Positions 25,290 through 39,399 are shown, counted from the whole stretch's first letter. The stretch is 50,132 nucleotides of DNA, filler included, from Bipalium vagum (GCA_037834085.1; 2 parts of 2 records of this genome joined end to end with filler, not necessarily neighbours in it), one strand, 5' to 3'. Program-made: numbers and translations. Notes: generated from the sequence alone by a model not told the origin.

Positions 25290-26200
25290 ATATGTTCCGT
25301 GCTTCAATTGCTCGATATAATCACATTCTGCTTCTATAACCTTAAAGATTCTCTGCCTGAAGCGCATTTATGTCTTCTTTACGTGGACTTGGTTCAATTG
25401 GGCAAACGTTTCTGTAATGGAATTCTGTCGACATGTCAGATTATGGTGTCTCGACTTGTTAGAACTTGTTAATAACTTTAGTACTGTACTCAGAATCTGT
25501 ACGTAGACTTCCTTGGTGATAATGTCATCCTTTTTCAAGAAGTGTGTGGCCATGACATCACCTTCACTAGAAATGACGCCTATTACCAGGACTTTGGCTG
25601 GAAACCTTATCCTTGGCACTAGTGGGACATTTTCAATATCATGGGCAAGCCAACGATCATTCCGCCGGTTAATTTTGGCATCAACTGTAAAAGTTTTCTC
25701 ATCAGAGAAAAACTTAAGACAACTATTTGCTTCATTCTTCAATGATTTGAGTGAAAACAAACTTTTTTAATTTTCGTAGCCTCACACAACATTTTCTTAT
25801 TTTTAGAACTTATGAAGTATATCTTAGGTCTTCTTCAGCTATCCGACGCATTGTTGTTATACTTATCTTCAGAGTTGTTGCCAATTTTCGAAGCGATGTT
25901 CCAGGATCTTCCATTATTAGCTGCTGAGATCTTTGAAAAACTTCCGCGGTCCTTTTTTTCCTTCGTTTATCACGTATTTTTCTTTTAGGTGTACTAGAGG
26001 TTCCTTCAGACATCTCCGATCTCCGATATCTTCGTGCGACATCGTACACCATCGATTGTGTGTACCCAAAGAAATTAAATATTTCAGCCGGCGTTCTTTC
26101 AGCGCTAAGACTTTAGAGAATTGCGACTCTTCGATAATATTCCATGCTTGATTTTTGTAAACTTGCCATTTTGTAAATTGTGCTCAATTTACAACCAAAT
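25290..26200 (-). mobile_element. Second maT/DD37D-type element, opposite orientation
   Basis: FFSDEKTFTVDAKINRRNDRWLA, GVISSEGDVM; HTH EDPGTSLRKLATTLKISITTMRRIAEEDLRY. Confidence 0.85.
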
Positions 26201-26487
26201 ATAGCATGTTTAAAAAAATGTAAACTTGATTTAAATCAAGTATAATTATAAATTTCAATTAAACTTTGTTGAAATTGTAATTTTTTTGCTACTTATTTCT
26301 AAATTCAAAATTTTTGATATTCTATAACAAATAAAGTAAAATATTTTTTCAATAAGTATACAAATATAAATTACCGAAATTTAAATTTGATTGGTTTTTG
26401 ATTTATTTAAACAATCATTAAAAACGGTTTATTAATTATAAATATAATATATTAATTTTATTTTGAAAATAATTATATTTTTCTTCA

Positions 26488-26686
26488 TATTCTGTTAAAA
26501 AATAGGAAATTTTATTATCAAATATGAAAAAATATTTTTAAAATTGAACATGTTTTAAAGAAAATTATAAAATAATATTCATGTAAAAAATATTTAATGA
26601 ATATTGAAAAAATGAACGAGACAAGAAAGAAAAATGTTTCTAATAATACAGGGGGTCATATAAAGGTTTTAATTGTTCATTTTTCA
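26488..26686 (+). repeat. Direct repeat copy 2 (~200 bp)
   Basis: Collinear with 23601-23801. Confidence 0.9.
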
Positions 26687-26959
26687 TTTGATCAAATTTA
26701 GTAACGATAATAATTATTAAGATCATAAATATCTCTGAGTTCTTTAATGATGGTTTTGACTTTATTCTTTAAGATAAATGAGATATATAATTATATATAT
26801 TCGGTTATAATGACATAAGAATACATAATTATATGGGAAGATATAATAATGAGAACTGCTTCGGATACCAAGAAAATCCTATGTTTATTTATATTCTCGT
26901 TATATTTTCACGAAAACTATAATTATAATTTTACTTTATGTAATTAAAATTTTAGACTG

Positions 26960-27385
26960 TTATTGATTACAAGCAATCTTGCCTATGTTTCTGTCATAAA
27001 TAGCTTCTTGCTTCTTTTTAGAAAACCAGGTCGTGAAAAGGCAAGATGGTATTCAATAGCCAAGCTCTTTAAGAATAAGACGTTAATAAGCTTTCCACTT
27101 GTGTAATGTCTTAATTTTTCACAGCTTAACATTGATTAAGACTACTGATGTTAAGTTGAGCTTAAAATTGGGAAACATTCTTAGCAGACTGGAAAATTAT
27201 CTGAAACTGTAAAGATGGATGGGATCCATTATGACTGTCTTGTCTAGGTGATTACTAAATCCACTTAGCTCCATTTCGCTGACTGTTTTATTCATGGGTC
27301 ACTTCTGTCCTTCATACATCAACTCCACGATGCTTAATTGGCTTGGGCTGCCATTTAAGTGGCATTGATCAAGAACACTGAGAGC
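26960..27385 (-). mobile_element. Non-LTR (RTE-like) reverse transcriptase remnant
   Basis: NGSPSQLSIVELMYEG, VIT.TRQ..IPSIFTVSD (cf. F.V.TGVRQG..SP.LF) and EAI..RNIGK. Confidence 0.4.
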
Positions 27386-28039
27386 TAAAATGTGACAAAA
27401 ATATATATATTTAACAAGTAATGGTCATTATTTTTATATTTTCATAATTAAGAGAAATATTAGATTTATTTATTTATTTATTTTTTTGTAATTTTATGTT
27501 AAAAATTGTAAATTTCCTAAACTTTTGAAAATTAATAAAATTATCGAAAAAATATTTGAAAAATATTTATTTTAAAGAAAATTTTTAATTTTTTGTCTTC
27601 GTAAATTTTTTTAAAATTATAAATTAAAAAATGTTTACATATTCTGCAGACAGGGGCAGAAATAAATCATTTCATTTTCCAGGATTCAATACAATAAATC
27701 AATGTAACGTTTATAGGTACACGTTTCTTGAGAAAAAATCTAAATTTTTGTTTTATTTAAATAAAATGTAGATAATTTAAAATAAATTAAAGTTATTAAA
27801 ACTAAATAGCTGTTATTGAAACATTTTTTGTGAAATTTTCCCACACAAGGTTAAACTAAAAGACAAATCATAATCAGAAAAATGAATATATTTTAAAATT
27901 CATAAAATATTATTTATATATTTGAAGATTTCATACATAAAATAATAATATATTATATAATATATTATTATTATTAGGTGTAAAATTTAGTTCAGTCAGT
28001 TTTTTAAAAGTGAGAAATGTATTAAAAAAGTATATTTAT

Positions 28040-28690
28040 TTCACAACATGAATGAACAAATTAATTAAGCTAATGTCCATCGTTCGTTACTATTTCTCTC
28101 ATCTCTTAGCTAATTTTTGAATTCCATCTTGAAAAAGTTTCTCGTCTTCTGAGGCAATCCAAGTTAGGAGCCATTGGTCAATTTTTTTGGAAAGAACTAA
28201 GCCGGTGATCTAACGAATTGTGCTGCAATAATAATCAGTAGTCGGAAGGAGTAATGTTCGTCGCAAACGGAGAGTGAGTTATAACATTTCACTTGACTGT
28301 CTTTTTATCGATCGCTCGTAATAGAGTCACATGGTTGTAGCACTTCAAAGTACACACCATCCTGTTGGTTTTACCAGATACAAAGCATCACCTTCGAATC
28401 ATGAATATTTCGCTTTGATGTTGATATTGAAACCTATGAGATCTATTGACGTAAAACTTTTTCCTCTTGGGTCTTTTTATCGCCTTTCAACGTATCTCGG
28501 TGTATAATTTCCACTATTGCTTTCAATCTCATGGAAACTACTTGTTGAGTAACACCCAAAGCTTCTCCGAGGACCACTTGTTTTTGACTGGGATCTTTCA
28601 TCAAGTAATGCTAACAGATCTTTGTTCTCAAAATTTTTGGCTGACAGTAGAGGATAAAACCAGAAATATAGAAATGAAAACATTCCCGAC
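28040..28690 (-). mobile_element. Mos1-like mariner remnant
   Basis: PRYVERR, decayed KPNIHGSKVMLCIW, and WIASEDEKLFQDGIQKLAKR.EK. Confidence 0.7.
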
Positions 28691-29441
28691 ATATTATATA
28701 ATAATTATAAAATATAAAATATAAAATGTTATATGTTATATATTTTATATTATATATTATATATTATATATTACATATTATTGATTATATGTTTTATTTT
28801 ACATATTAATCCCATATATGTTAAAATTCAAATCATTCTTATCCTTTGATGTTTGAGAAAAATATTTAATTAAATAATTTTTCTCTAAAAAATATTAAAA
28901 GCTCTCAGAAATAAATTTGAATGATGAGAATTGTTACACTTCACCGAAATTTATTTTCTGTCAAGTAATATTTAGAGGGTGTAAAATTATTACATGAAAC
29001 ATAACAGCATTATCAAAATGATGTGAAATATGTAGAACGATCTCACCCTGAATGGAATTTAATTATAAAACCCTTTGAAGAATGGAGAAAAACTTACAGA
29101 TTAAAATATTTTATGATTCCAAATTATTTTCTTGACTGAGCAAAAATTGATTTTTTTTCTTCCTAAAATGACGAGTTAAAATTTCTGAAAGAATTTAAAA
29201 TTTATTATTAAAATATTATTATTTTTATTACTATGAAATAAATAGGAGTTTTAGTTTAATTAATGTAAATCAGTTTTAAATTCGTTTAAATGCATAATTA
29301 AATACATTTTTGAATAATTGTAAATATTCTGTCATGCTCTCAAATGAAGATAGAAAACGAATAATCGATTCGTATCTTAACGACCATGGATTTATAAAAA
29401 ACATTTTTTCATTATATGTGAGGTCAATTAAAAGTGAAATG

Positions 29442-29443
<2 letters not shown>

Positions 29444-29492
<49 letters not shown>

Positions 29493-29519
29493 CATAATAA
29501 TAATAATAATCATAATAAT
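29444..29519 (+). repeat. (AAT)n microsatellite at contig end
   Basis: About 25 units with two CAT interruptions, running into the N gap. Confidence 0.95.
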
Positions 29520-29619
29520 NNNNNNNNNNNNNNNNNNNNNNNNNNNNNNNNNNNNNNNNNNNNTTAATTAATTAANNNNNNNNNNNNNNNNNNNNNNNNN
29601 NNNNNNNNNNNNNNNNNNN
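29520..29619. other. Artificial contig-joining spacer
   Basis: 44 N + TTAATTAATTAA (29564-29575; stops in all six frames) + 44 N = 100 nt. Confidence 0.95.
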
Positions 29620-30439
29620 CTATGTTTTATTTGAGTATCGGTTCACCTGCAAACAGTGTGAAACCAGGAATTATTTTATATTTATTTATTTAATAAAAAA
29701 AGTTTATTTAGACTTGTAATCAAATCTAATAAACTTATCAAATAAAAATTATTTACTAATTATTGAAGAATTCACTTGGAAGCTGGTTACCGAGACGAAT
29801 GGTTTAATAGTCCGTTGATTGTTCTGGATTAGAGTCGGCTACTTTCCTCTGGTTATCTGCGTTTTCGGGTTTATTTGCGTCTATTGCGCCTTTCTGATTA
29901 ATTCGAATATTTATAGTTGGTTTTAGTCCGTTTGCTCTTCCTGACTGAGTTACCCTTTAGAACTCTTGTTCGCTTTTCTTTTGTATCTTTTTTGTGTTTT
30001 TGTTGTGAGTTTAATACTGAAATGCTTCAGTATTTATATTATTTTATTTTTCTGTATTTTTAAATATAGTAACTTAATGTTACTATTTTTAGATTTCATA
30101 TTAAAATTTTTCACTATAAATTTATTTATAGTAACATTGATTAAAATTTTTTCCAAATATTTTATAAATTAATCATCAAAATGATTAATTTTTCAATTAA
30201 TTATAATTATAATAATATTTTTTTATATTTTATATATTATTTTATTATTTTTACTATAATTTTATGTTTCATATTTTATTTTATATTTTATATTAAACAG
30301 GCGAGAAAGAAAATTATTAAAATCAAACTCCGAGTTTTAACTTTTACAAATAAATAAATAAATAAAATTACACAAATTATATAAGGTTTTTATACATCAA
30401 ATGAATTACTAAATAACCACTAAATAATCACTAAAATGT

Positions 30440-30993
30440 TTAAAATCAATAATTTTTTTGAAGGGTTTGGTTGAATTGGTTGGTCAGAAGGTGGGAGTCT
30501 CCACAGATTAATATTCCAGGAGGTATGACAAAATTGCTCCAACCGTTGGATATTTCGGTTAATAAAAGTTTCAAATTGAAAATTAGACAGAAATGGGAAA
30601 ATTGGATGATAAAAGGCTATCATACTTATACAAAGAGTGGAAAAATGAGAAAGGCTTCTTATACGACGATTTGCGAATGGATTGTGGATTCATTTATAAC
30701 TATATCAACTCAATGTGTTACTAATGAATTTAAAAAGGCTTTTGTATTAGAAGTGGAGGTTAATGAACATGTAACTGATGATGACACTGGAAGTTTAACG
30801 AGTGAAAACAATGTACCAGAATCATTTTTACATTTACTAGATTGTGGTAGTATAGATTTTGATTTCGATGAGAATATTGTTGAATTTTTAAATTTTTATT
30901 TTAAACTTATTCCGTGTATAACCCGCAATAATTATTTATTAAAAAACATCTTTTTTCTTATATAACCCGCGGGTTATTTACGGAAATTTATGG
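30440..30993 (+). mobile_element. pogo-family DDE transposase 3' remnant
   Basis: IPGGMTKLLQPLDISVNKSFKLKIRQKWENWM...TKSGKMRKASY..ICEWI; terminal ...GGAAATTTATGG|TA; subterminal palindrome ATAACCCGCGGGTTAT. Confidence 0.85.
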
Positions 30994-32599
30994 TAGTGTT
31001 TTTTTAAATAAAACTTTTTAAGTGTTAAAACTTATATCTCCTTCATTAAAATTTATTAATTCCTTGTTATTATCAAATATCTTTTATTTTATTTCATTAA
31101 TATTTTTGTAATTAAAGGATAATAAATGGGACATTTTGGTCTTTCAATGATTCATTTTCCTTTTGGAGCACTATTCGAAGGAAAGTCAGAATTAATATTT
31201 GTTCTTCTATCAGTATGAAACCAATCATGATTTTATTTATCTTTGAAATTTTAACTGGTTTTGATTCATAATAACTTTCTTGTTTTAGTTCCTTTTTAAC
31301 TTCTTTATTTACATTTTCAATAATATTCCCTGATTTTATTTTTTAAATATTCTCTTTACATTCAGTGATTATTATTTTTGCTTGTTCAATTTCTTAATTA
31401 GATAATATGTCATTTTCAAGAGCTTTTAATTGAAATAGATAAAGTTCCTAAAAAGTAGCTGATTTTAAGGTAAAAATATCGAAACTGGGCTTTTAGGTTA
31501 CTTAACAAAGTACTTATTATCAGAAGGATTTACGGATGAAAGTTCAGGCACAAAAACTAAAAATCACTGTCACAATAAACGATCAAATAAAAATTCAAAT
31601 GAACTAAGAGAACACAAATGATTTTAAAATATTTATTGGAAAATCTGATTTTTACAAGCACACTCTTTATGGGATTATCAAGTTCAGATATCTTTTGGCA
31701 CAAACTTAGTCCTCAGCAATTTACCAGATAGCGGCTGTGTAAATTTTAAAAATAAAAAAGAAGAAAAAGGAAAAAATAAAACTTTATTTGATTCTCGAAA
31801 AGCTTCGAGCACTTATTTAAAAGAGTTTTGTTAATAATAATAATATCAAGTCAATCGGTAAAGATTGCTTGATAGTAAATAATATATTTTAATAATAAAA
31901 TAAACTGCGGTTACGAAAATTCGTCAAAGTTTATAAAATGAGAATAAAGACTTACTAAATTTTGTAACTAATAATTGTTCACCACGTCTTGAAATGTTCT
32001 AGGGTAATTTGTCTTTACTGTGTTGCTTGAAAGCGTTCTCTGATGAATATTTGCGTATCTCTTTTGAAGTCCTCTGCGTGATTTACTGAGCCCTTGGTGA
32101 GAATTATTGTGCGTATTTACTATTTTTTCTTGGGCTTATATATGAAAATTTTGTTATAATTTCTATTTTTAGAAACATATGAATTCTATTTGTAGAAATT
32201 CATATTATTTTATGTCTAAATTCTATTTTTAGAACCATATATTATTTTATTTACATTATTTTCTAATCTTAGTAATTTCTATTTTCTATATTTGCTTTTT
32301 ATAAAAATCCTTGGTTTATTTGTTTTTTGGTAATAATTTATAATTAATATTTAATAAATAAAGTAACAATAATAATTATTATTATTATATTTATCCTTAA
32401 CTTTATGATTCCATATTACAAAGATAAAAATAAAAAAATCACACAAAGAATTGTTCATCAAAAATGTAAAATATGTCGTTATTTTGGGATGCTCCACAAT
32501 TCTATTGTTTCATAAATTTCTCTATGTATTTTTTCTTTTCGAAGTAATTCATATCCTAATTGTTTCTCCAATAAAGAAATTAACAGCTCCAAAAATTGA

Positions 32600-34320
32600 T
32601 GTTGCAAGACGAACATAAATTAATTAACTAGTTCCAAATGTTGGTATTCCTGTCATTACTGCAGTTCCAATAATTGAACCACTATTACTGTCCAGCTTTT
32701 CCCAGGTAGGACATATCTTAGCTCGTATTCTTCTTCATAAAATAATATTCCTATGATGAGTTTAAATTCATACTCATATTTTGACTATTTTGTCCATTAC
32801 TTTATCACTATCTCTTTTGTTAATGCATCAGTAATCATATGAATCCCCTCATCTTCCTCTTGGTCACTTTTTCGTGTATTGATATTGCAAAGTATACGTA
32901 TAACTGAAATATTAAAACCCATCTGATTAATCTACCCAGTGTCTTTGTTTTTCAATAACCATTGTAAACAATTTAATTTGACCCCATAGATTATGACTGA
33001 ACTTCTTTATTGCAAATACTATTACTAAGGCTTCCTTTTCAATTGTTGTATAAGTTTTCTCGTACTTCCTTAAACCTCTACTTGCGAATGTAATGAAGTG
33101 TTTGGCTAAAATAGGTCCCAGTGCATATGCACTAATATCTGTCATTAAAATGAATGGTTTAATAGTATTCTGGTATCTCATTATTGGATCTTTCACTAAT
33201 TCTTCCTTTAACATTTCAAAACTTTTCTGTTGGTCTGACTCCATTTTACGATGTCTGCTGATTTGTCTGTAGATTGACTCCTTGAGCTATTTTATTATCT
33301 TCATAGATTTTTTCTCCTTCCTTAATTGTTTATTTAGGGATTCGGCAATTTTTGCATAAATTTTAACCAGTTATTTCTAAGAATTTTCTGGCTTCCCTTA
33401 CAATTTTTGGCACTGGAAAGTTTATAACTTTCTTAACATTATCTGGATCGGATCTTATTCCTTGTTCAGAGATGATATGACCAACAAATCTTTCTTCATT
33501 TTTAGCTCACTCATATATAAGATGTTTCACTTTCAAACCAGCTCCTTTAAATTTTTGTAACACTACTGCCACATCTTTTATGTGTTCATTCAAATTCAGC
33601 TGGTACACTTGTTAGTTCGAAAGGAATGAGAAAGTACTTGTCAGTTATAAATGTTGTAATTTCTTTATTATCCTCTTCCTCTGTTACTTCATTGTAGCCG
33701 TCCTGTATATCCATCAACTGTAAAAATTGAATTTGTGAATTTGATTAGTGAAAATTGCATGTCTTTTCGTGTTACCTCATTCACTTTCGATACACATTCT
33801 GATAGACCATCCTTTTTCTTTACGATCAAGACTGGTAAAGTCCGAACATATCCCTTATTTGTTAATTTTACACTTTCTAGTTCAACCACTTCATAAACTA
33901 GTTTTATTTATATAGTTGATCTAAAAAAAATATTTGATGATTATAAAACATGAAAATTAAAAATTACTCAACTTGTAATTATTATAAAAATACGACATTA
34001 CTCCTTTGTCAACCAAATAGTTTAAAGTTTTTAATTAAAATTTTACCATGGTCTAGTAAATATTTTGAACAATTGCGTTTAATCTTTATTTAAAGTTCAG
34101 TTACTAAATTGGTATTCTTCCTTCGTTGCCTTGTAGTACTTCCTTTTGTGCACCACACATCCACAACAATTTAACTGATGACTCGAACCCAATGTTCCTT
34201 CACCTATTGGTGCGTTTTCAAAATAAACTGTTTATGTTCTCCCTGGAATCGAAGAAATTTTCTAAAAGAACAAACCATATCTGCAAGCCTTTTTCTGCCT
34301 TTTCATCTTACAAGTTTTAA
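32600..34320 (-). mobile_element. Ty3/Gypsy LTR retrotransposon remnant (gag knuckle, RT, RNase H)
   Basis: A CxMCG zinc-knuckle-like motif near 34160; IVKKKDG; VGHIISEQGIRSDPDNVKKVINFPVP; PFILMTDISAYALG..FASRGL..EKTYTTIEKEALVIVFAIKKF. Confidence 0.85.
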
Positions 34321-35759
34321 TTTAATTGTCAATTTAATTTAATAATCAAATCAAACGCGATTCATAATTGAAACAAAATATCAATATACTCTAAACAAAA
34401 TATTGCAATTAATGGAATATATTGGAACAATAAAGTGCATGTGGGAAAGCTCCAAAATAAGTTTCATCAATTTTTATCTGGTTTGTCAATATTATATTAC
34501 AGAATTTCTTATTAACTGTTACTGGACTTAATAATTGTTGACTTAATCGGGAAAATTGAGAGCAGTAGGAATCAGCCTATTTAAGATTGATGAATAACTC
34601 AATGAAATAGATCTGAAGTATATTAATATTGAACTTTGTAACCGACTGAAAAAAAGCTCGTTTACGTACCAAATAACTCAATTCTCATCAGCAGTTATCA
34701 GCTGGTCGAAAAAAGATTCATATTTTGCTAAAAGAATGGTCGATACGATTACATTAAACACACTGACAGATTTACTTGATGCAATTTTAAATTGATACAT
34801 GACATTTTTAAATTATTTCCTTTGGTTGTCCTAAGCAAATTTTGTCAGTCTGCAAAAATTCCATAATTCCATAATTATTAAAATGTAAAACACCTTTTAA
34901 TGTCAAATTGTCTTCTTGAAAGCAAGTATAAAACTATAGGACTTAAAGAATCTGGTCCACTGACAGAACCCATAGCCAATTTGAAAATCAAAAAGCATAT
35001 AGCACCAAATTTACGACAGATTTTAGTTTTAATTTTTTATATTTTAAAATTTAATTGGTTTAAATATTAATCTAGGAATCGAAATTCAAGCTTAATTTTT
35101 TTTAATTAGCTTCATAATAAACGTTCTAGAAAACCGAAAAAAATTCAATAAGATTTATAACTATTGTACGTACAAATTACAGATTTGTACTTAAATGAAA
35201 ATATTAATAAAAATGATAAAAATAAACTAAATATTCTATATATTTTCAAATATATAATTTTTAGATAACCCGTTGTTGTTTCAAGAATTGCAATCCTTTC
35301 TAAACGTTTCTTTAACGTATTCTAAAAATTAATGAAAATTCACCTCATATTCAAAATTAACATCTGAATCTGATTTAATATTTTCATCTCTATATTTACT
35401 AATAATTCGCTGCTTCAGATAAACTTTATCAGAATATTTTAAATTTCTTACATATTTAAGTAGATCTTTATACAACGAGAGCTTTTGAATTTTCATCAAT
35501 GACATTTTTATACAGTTAAAACAACTGCTTCAATAAACTAAGGAAAATATTTAAATTATTAGGTAAATTTTTAAAAAGAACTTCATTTTTAAAATGTAAG
35601 GATAAAATGGAAATAAAGACAGATTTTTATAAAAAAAATTTTAAAGAAAATTTATTCTCCTTTAATTATTAAATATTTCAATTTATAATAAATAAAGATT
35701 TTCGAATTTCGTAAAATTAACCTTGGAGTTGTTACAAAAATATTTTGTAGAAATCGAAT

Positions 35760-36420
35760 GTCTGTTAATGGAGTACAAAATAATGATGGCTCGATTATTA
35801 ATTGAAAATTTTCAAAATTATTGGAAACACTGCTTTTAGCACTCTTGAAGTCGATAAGGGCTCAAATAGTTTACACCGATCGTTTACAAATAACGCATTC
35901 ATTTGTATCTCATAAATTCAGTTACACTCTGGAAACCTTTCCAAATTTCTACAATAATTAATTTATAACTTGAAGAAAAAATCAACTCAGTACTTTTAGT
36001 GTCCAAACTATTTTTAATTTTACTTCTTATAGTTATATTCGACTTAATTTCTACTTTAACTTTCTAATGTAATTCTCAATAATTCTAGTTCTGACTTAAC
36101 TTTTTTTTATTTATTTCTCTACTTTTGCTCTCATTTAGGTCTCTACTTCAGATCTCACTTAGTTCTAATTCTAACTTTATCTCGCTTTAGTTCTGATTTA
36201 GTCAGATGTCTATTAAATAGGAGTTTCAAAAGTTCCTGTGATTCATCAATTCTTTTGTCCAGAGCAGCCACTTCTGCACTAAAAGCTCTTTGAAGAAACT
36301 ATTAATGTTTTCTTCTTTGCTGGATATCAGGGATTTTCCTCTTTTTCTCCTCTTTTCCATTAACGTAATGGAAAATCGGAACTTTATCATGATCCAAAAT
36401 TGAGCTTAACTTTGAAATCC
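35760..36420 (-). pseudogene. Decayed coiled-coil ORF followed by a possible retropepsin motif (retroelement gag-pro?)
   Basis: SAEVAALDKRIDESQELLKLL and repeated KSEL/KVEI heptads; ALID.(G)AKSSV near 35850. Confidence 0.25.
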
Positions 36421-37299
36421 CCTTGAAGACAAAAAAATAAAAATTAATTCATCTTCCTGCATCTCATACAGAAGGGAAAGTGAATAAAAAATTCCTTATT
36501 TCTGGCTTAATTTAGGAAAAAAAGCATTTTCTAAAAAATTAATTTTTATTTTTTTATTAAAAAATCGCTATTCAAAATTGTGATTATTTAAAGTTTAATA
36601 AATAAATAGTACAAATATTTCAATTAATAATATATTTTTTAATATCACTACTTATTATCATTTTAATAAGGTATATCGTTCAATTGACGAGCTTCATCTT
36701 AGTCAAATTTATCAATACCACGGTCACCATAATCGACTTCTAAAAACCGATCTGTCGCTTTTGAAGTCCGATGATTAAAAATTAGAGTTTTCATAAAAAC
36801 TGTCTCTCTCCATAAAATTGACGACATCGAATTTGTTAAAATATTTCTTGATTTTAACTCCTTAAATTTTTACTGTTACTTTTTTATACTATAAACGATA
36901 TAACATTAACCTCGTGACTTTTACTGACCCCTTCACTTATGCTAATAGAGTGCTCGCTACATAATTGAATCGAAATAACAACAATAAGCTTTATTATTTT
37001 ATAAGAATGTAGTGATAGGTTAATTGCCAAAATCAGTCGATTACTTCACAGATGATCGATAAAACAACGACACAAGCACTGTAGCTGAAATTCACAGAAA
37101 TTCAATTATAAAAATAATAATAATAATGGATCACTATGAAATAGCAAATAATGAAAGAATGAAATAAGGAATATTAAAGAAAAATCAACTAAAGAATCAG
37201 TTTTAGAAATCCATTAATCAATAAATGTTAAATTAGGTGTAGAAATATTTAAAGAAAAAGAGAAACAAAAACAAATAACAAACCCCTTTCATTGATTAG

Positions 37300-38030
37300 T
37301 AAGAAGAGGCCAACCGGTTCTCTTAAAAGTGACGGAATAACACATGACTAATAATACATTCTGTTGCATAGAATTCATATACAAAATTTTGACAACCTGG
37401 GACAAATTGATCTTCTGACTAAAAATTAGTTTTGACCGAATAATAAGTCATTCTCTTCTCCAAAAATAATACACAAGAAAAGAAAAACCGATTTGTAATT
37501 TTTAATATTAAATAAAATATCGTCTCGTAATTTGATAATTGATTTCCCTTTTATATTGGTCAGCCGACATCTACGTCTTTGGTCAATGTTCTAATCAGGA
37601 ACGTCAATTCCCTTTCTATTCTTTTGATTCTCAAATCAGTTCCTAATTGCAGACTTTATCTAATTTTGAAAATTTTGTCATTTCGAGATTAGAAAAATTA
37701 GATTTTTGTTATTTTTATTATTACTACTATTATGCACTTCTTTAATTATTATTTGAAATTATATTATAATATTAATTAATTTTGTTAGAATTATCATCAT
37801 CATTACTAACCGTAATTATTATAATAGTTATTATTAGTGAGATCCTATTTTAGTCTTTATACTTTACATATCAAACTATATCAAGGCTTTGACAAGCCCA
37901 ACAATATTAATTTTCGATCATTTACTGTGATTCGAATCATTCATCATTTTATGCCAGCTGGCCTTTTTCAAGTAACTCATAATAAAACCTAAAGCGGGTA
38001 TGTTTGGAATGGTAAAAATTAAAAAATCGG
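37300..38030 (-). mobile_element. Possible Gypsy gag-protease remnant
   Basis: CWACQSL zinc-knuckle-like motif (~37890-37905) followed by an N/S-rich linker and an ELTFLI protease-like start. Confidence 0.3.
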
Positions 38031-38429
38031 ACTTTCGGCATTAAACAAAAATTCGAATTTTAATATTATTTTTATTAATAATAAAATAAATTAGAAATAT
38101 ATAATAAAAGAACCAATTTCTTACTTTGATACTAACTAAAATTTAGCAAAAACGAAATGTGCATGAGCAATTTTAGCGATAAATCGCTAAACAGGAATAC
38201 ATGAAATCAATGACGTTCAACATAAATTCACGCATACAAACAAAATATCTTTTTTTGAAAATTGATATAGGAAATTCTTGGTAAATTGAATGGGAAATAA
38301 TGATATTTTTATTTATTGTTTTCAGTAGTTATTATGGTTATCGATTTCAGTTTTGTGTTATAAGAAACTGACTTGTTTTGTTTGCGAAGGGCATTTACGA
38401 AGACATTTGTTGGACAGCATTTGGATCTT

Positions 38430-38910
38430 ATTTGCTATATGAATATCAAAAGCAGATCTGCATAGAAAAATCACAAGAAGGTGCAATTCTTCCTGGAACA
38501 CAACCACTCATTTGTGTTTGGAAAAAAGAGAAAAAAGATATTCGACTCTGCTTAGATTTCAGAAACCTGAACACCATGACGGATGGACAAGCTTTTCCAA
38601 TGCTCAACATAGAAGAAATGATGGATAACCTTGGTGGAACTCGGTATTTTAGCTCTGTTGACTTAGAAAATGTCTACTACCAAATTGAATTGGAAGAAGA
38701 AAAGTAGAAGACAGCGTTCTTTACAAAATCAGGTCAATACTGTTTTAACAGAATGCCTTTTGGGATTGCAGCAGCACAGAGAATTTTTTTAAGAATTAAT
38801 GATCAAGGTATTCAACGGAATTGAAGGTACGTGTGTATATCTAAATGACACACTAGTATTCACCGACAAAATTGAGAATCATCATAAAATTTTGATTTGG
38901 AAAGATTAAG
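38430..38910 (+). mobile_element. Ty3/Gypsy reverse transcriptase remnant
   Basis: KKEKKDIRLCLDFRNLN..AFPML.IEE...YFSSVDL..YYQI..KTAF...GQYCFNRMPFG...VYLNDTLVF. Confidence 0.9.
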
Positions 38911-39399
38911 CATACGGTAGCAGAAAATATAAGACAATGCAAAACGTGTCAACGAGTCAAGACGGTTACAACAAATATGATGGAAGAACCAATGAAGATC
39001 GCCTTGATGGGTTGTGCGTTGGTTTTGATATTTTTGTATTGCCTCACTTTCATTTGTTATTAATTCTCCATTAACTTTCTAATATTTGCCTTTTTTTTCC
39101 TAAGATTGAATTATTCATTAATTTATAATTATCTTTTTAAATATTTAGTTTTTGCTTGTTTTTTGAAATTAGTATTAATATAATTCATTAACTAAGGTTT
39201 TTGTTTAAAAGAAATTACAGGGTTAACTTTTGTTAATTTCATGAATCTTAAATTTTATAATGAATAATATAATTTTTTTTGTTTCATATCTAAAATTTAT
39301 TTTGAAATTTTTGTGACTTTGTTTATTTGTTATTAATAAACTATTTTGATAATTAGACAATTCATAATAAATAATAATTATTATCATATCTTTATTTTT

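Noticed and set aside
29310-29567. Poly-Asn ORF
   Set aside because: Translation of a microsatellite and N gap, ended by the synthetic linker.
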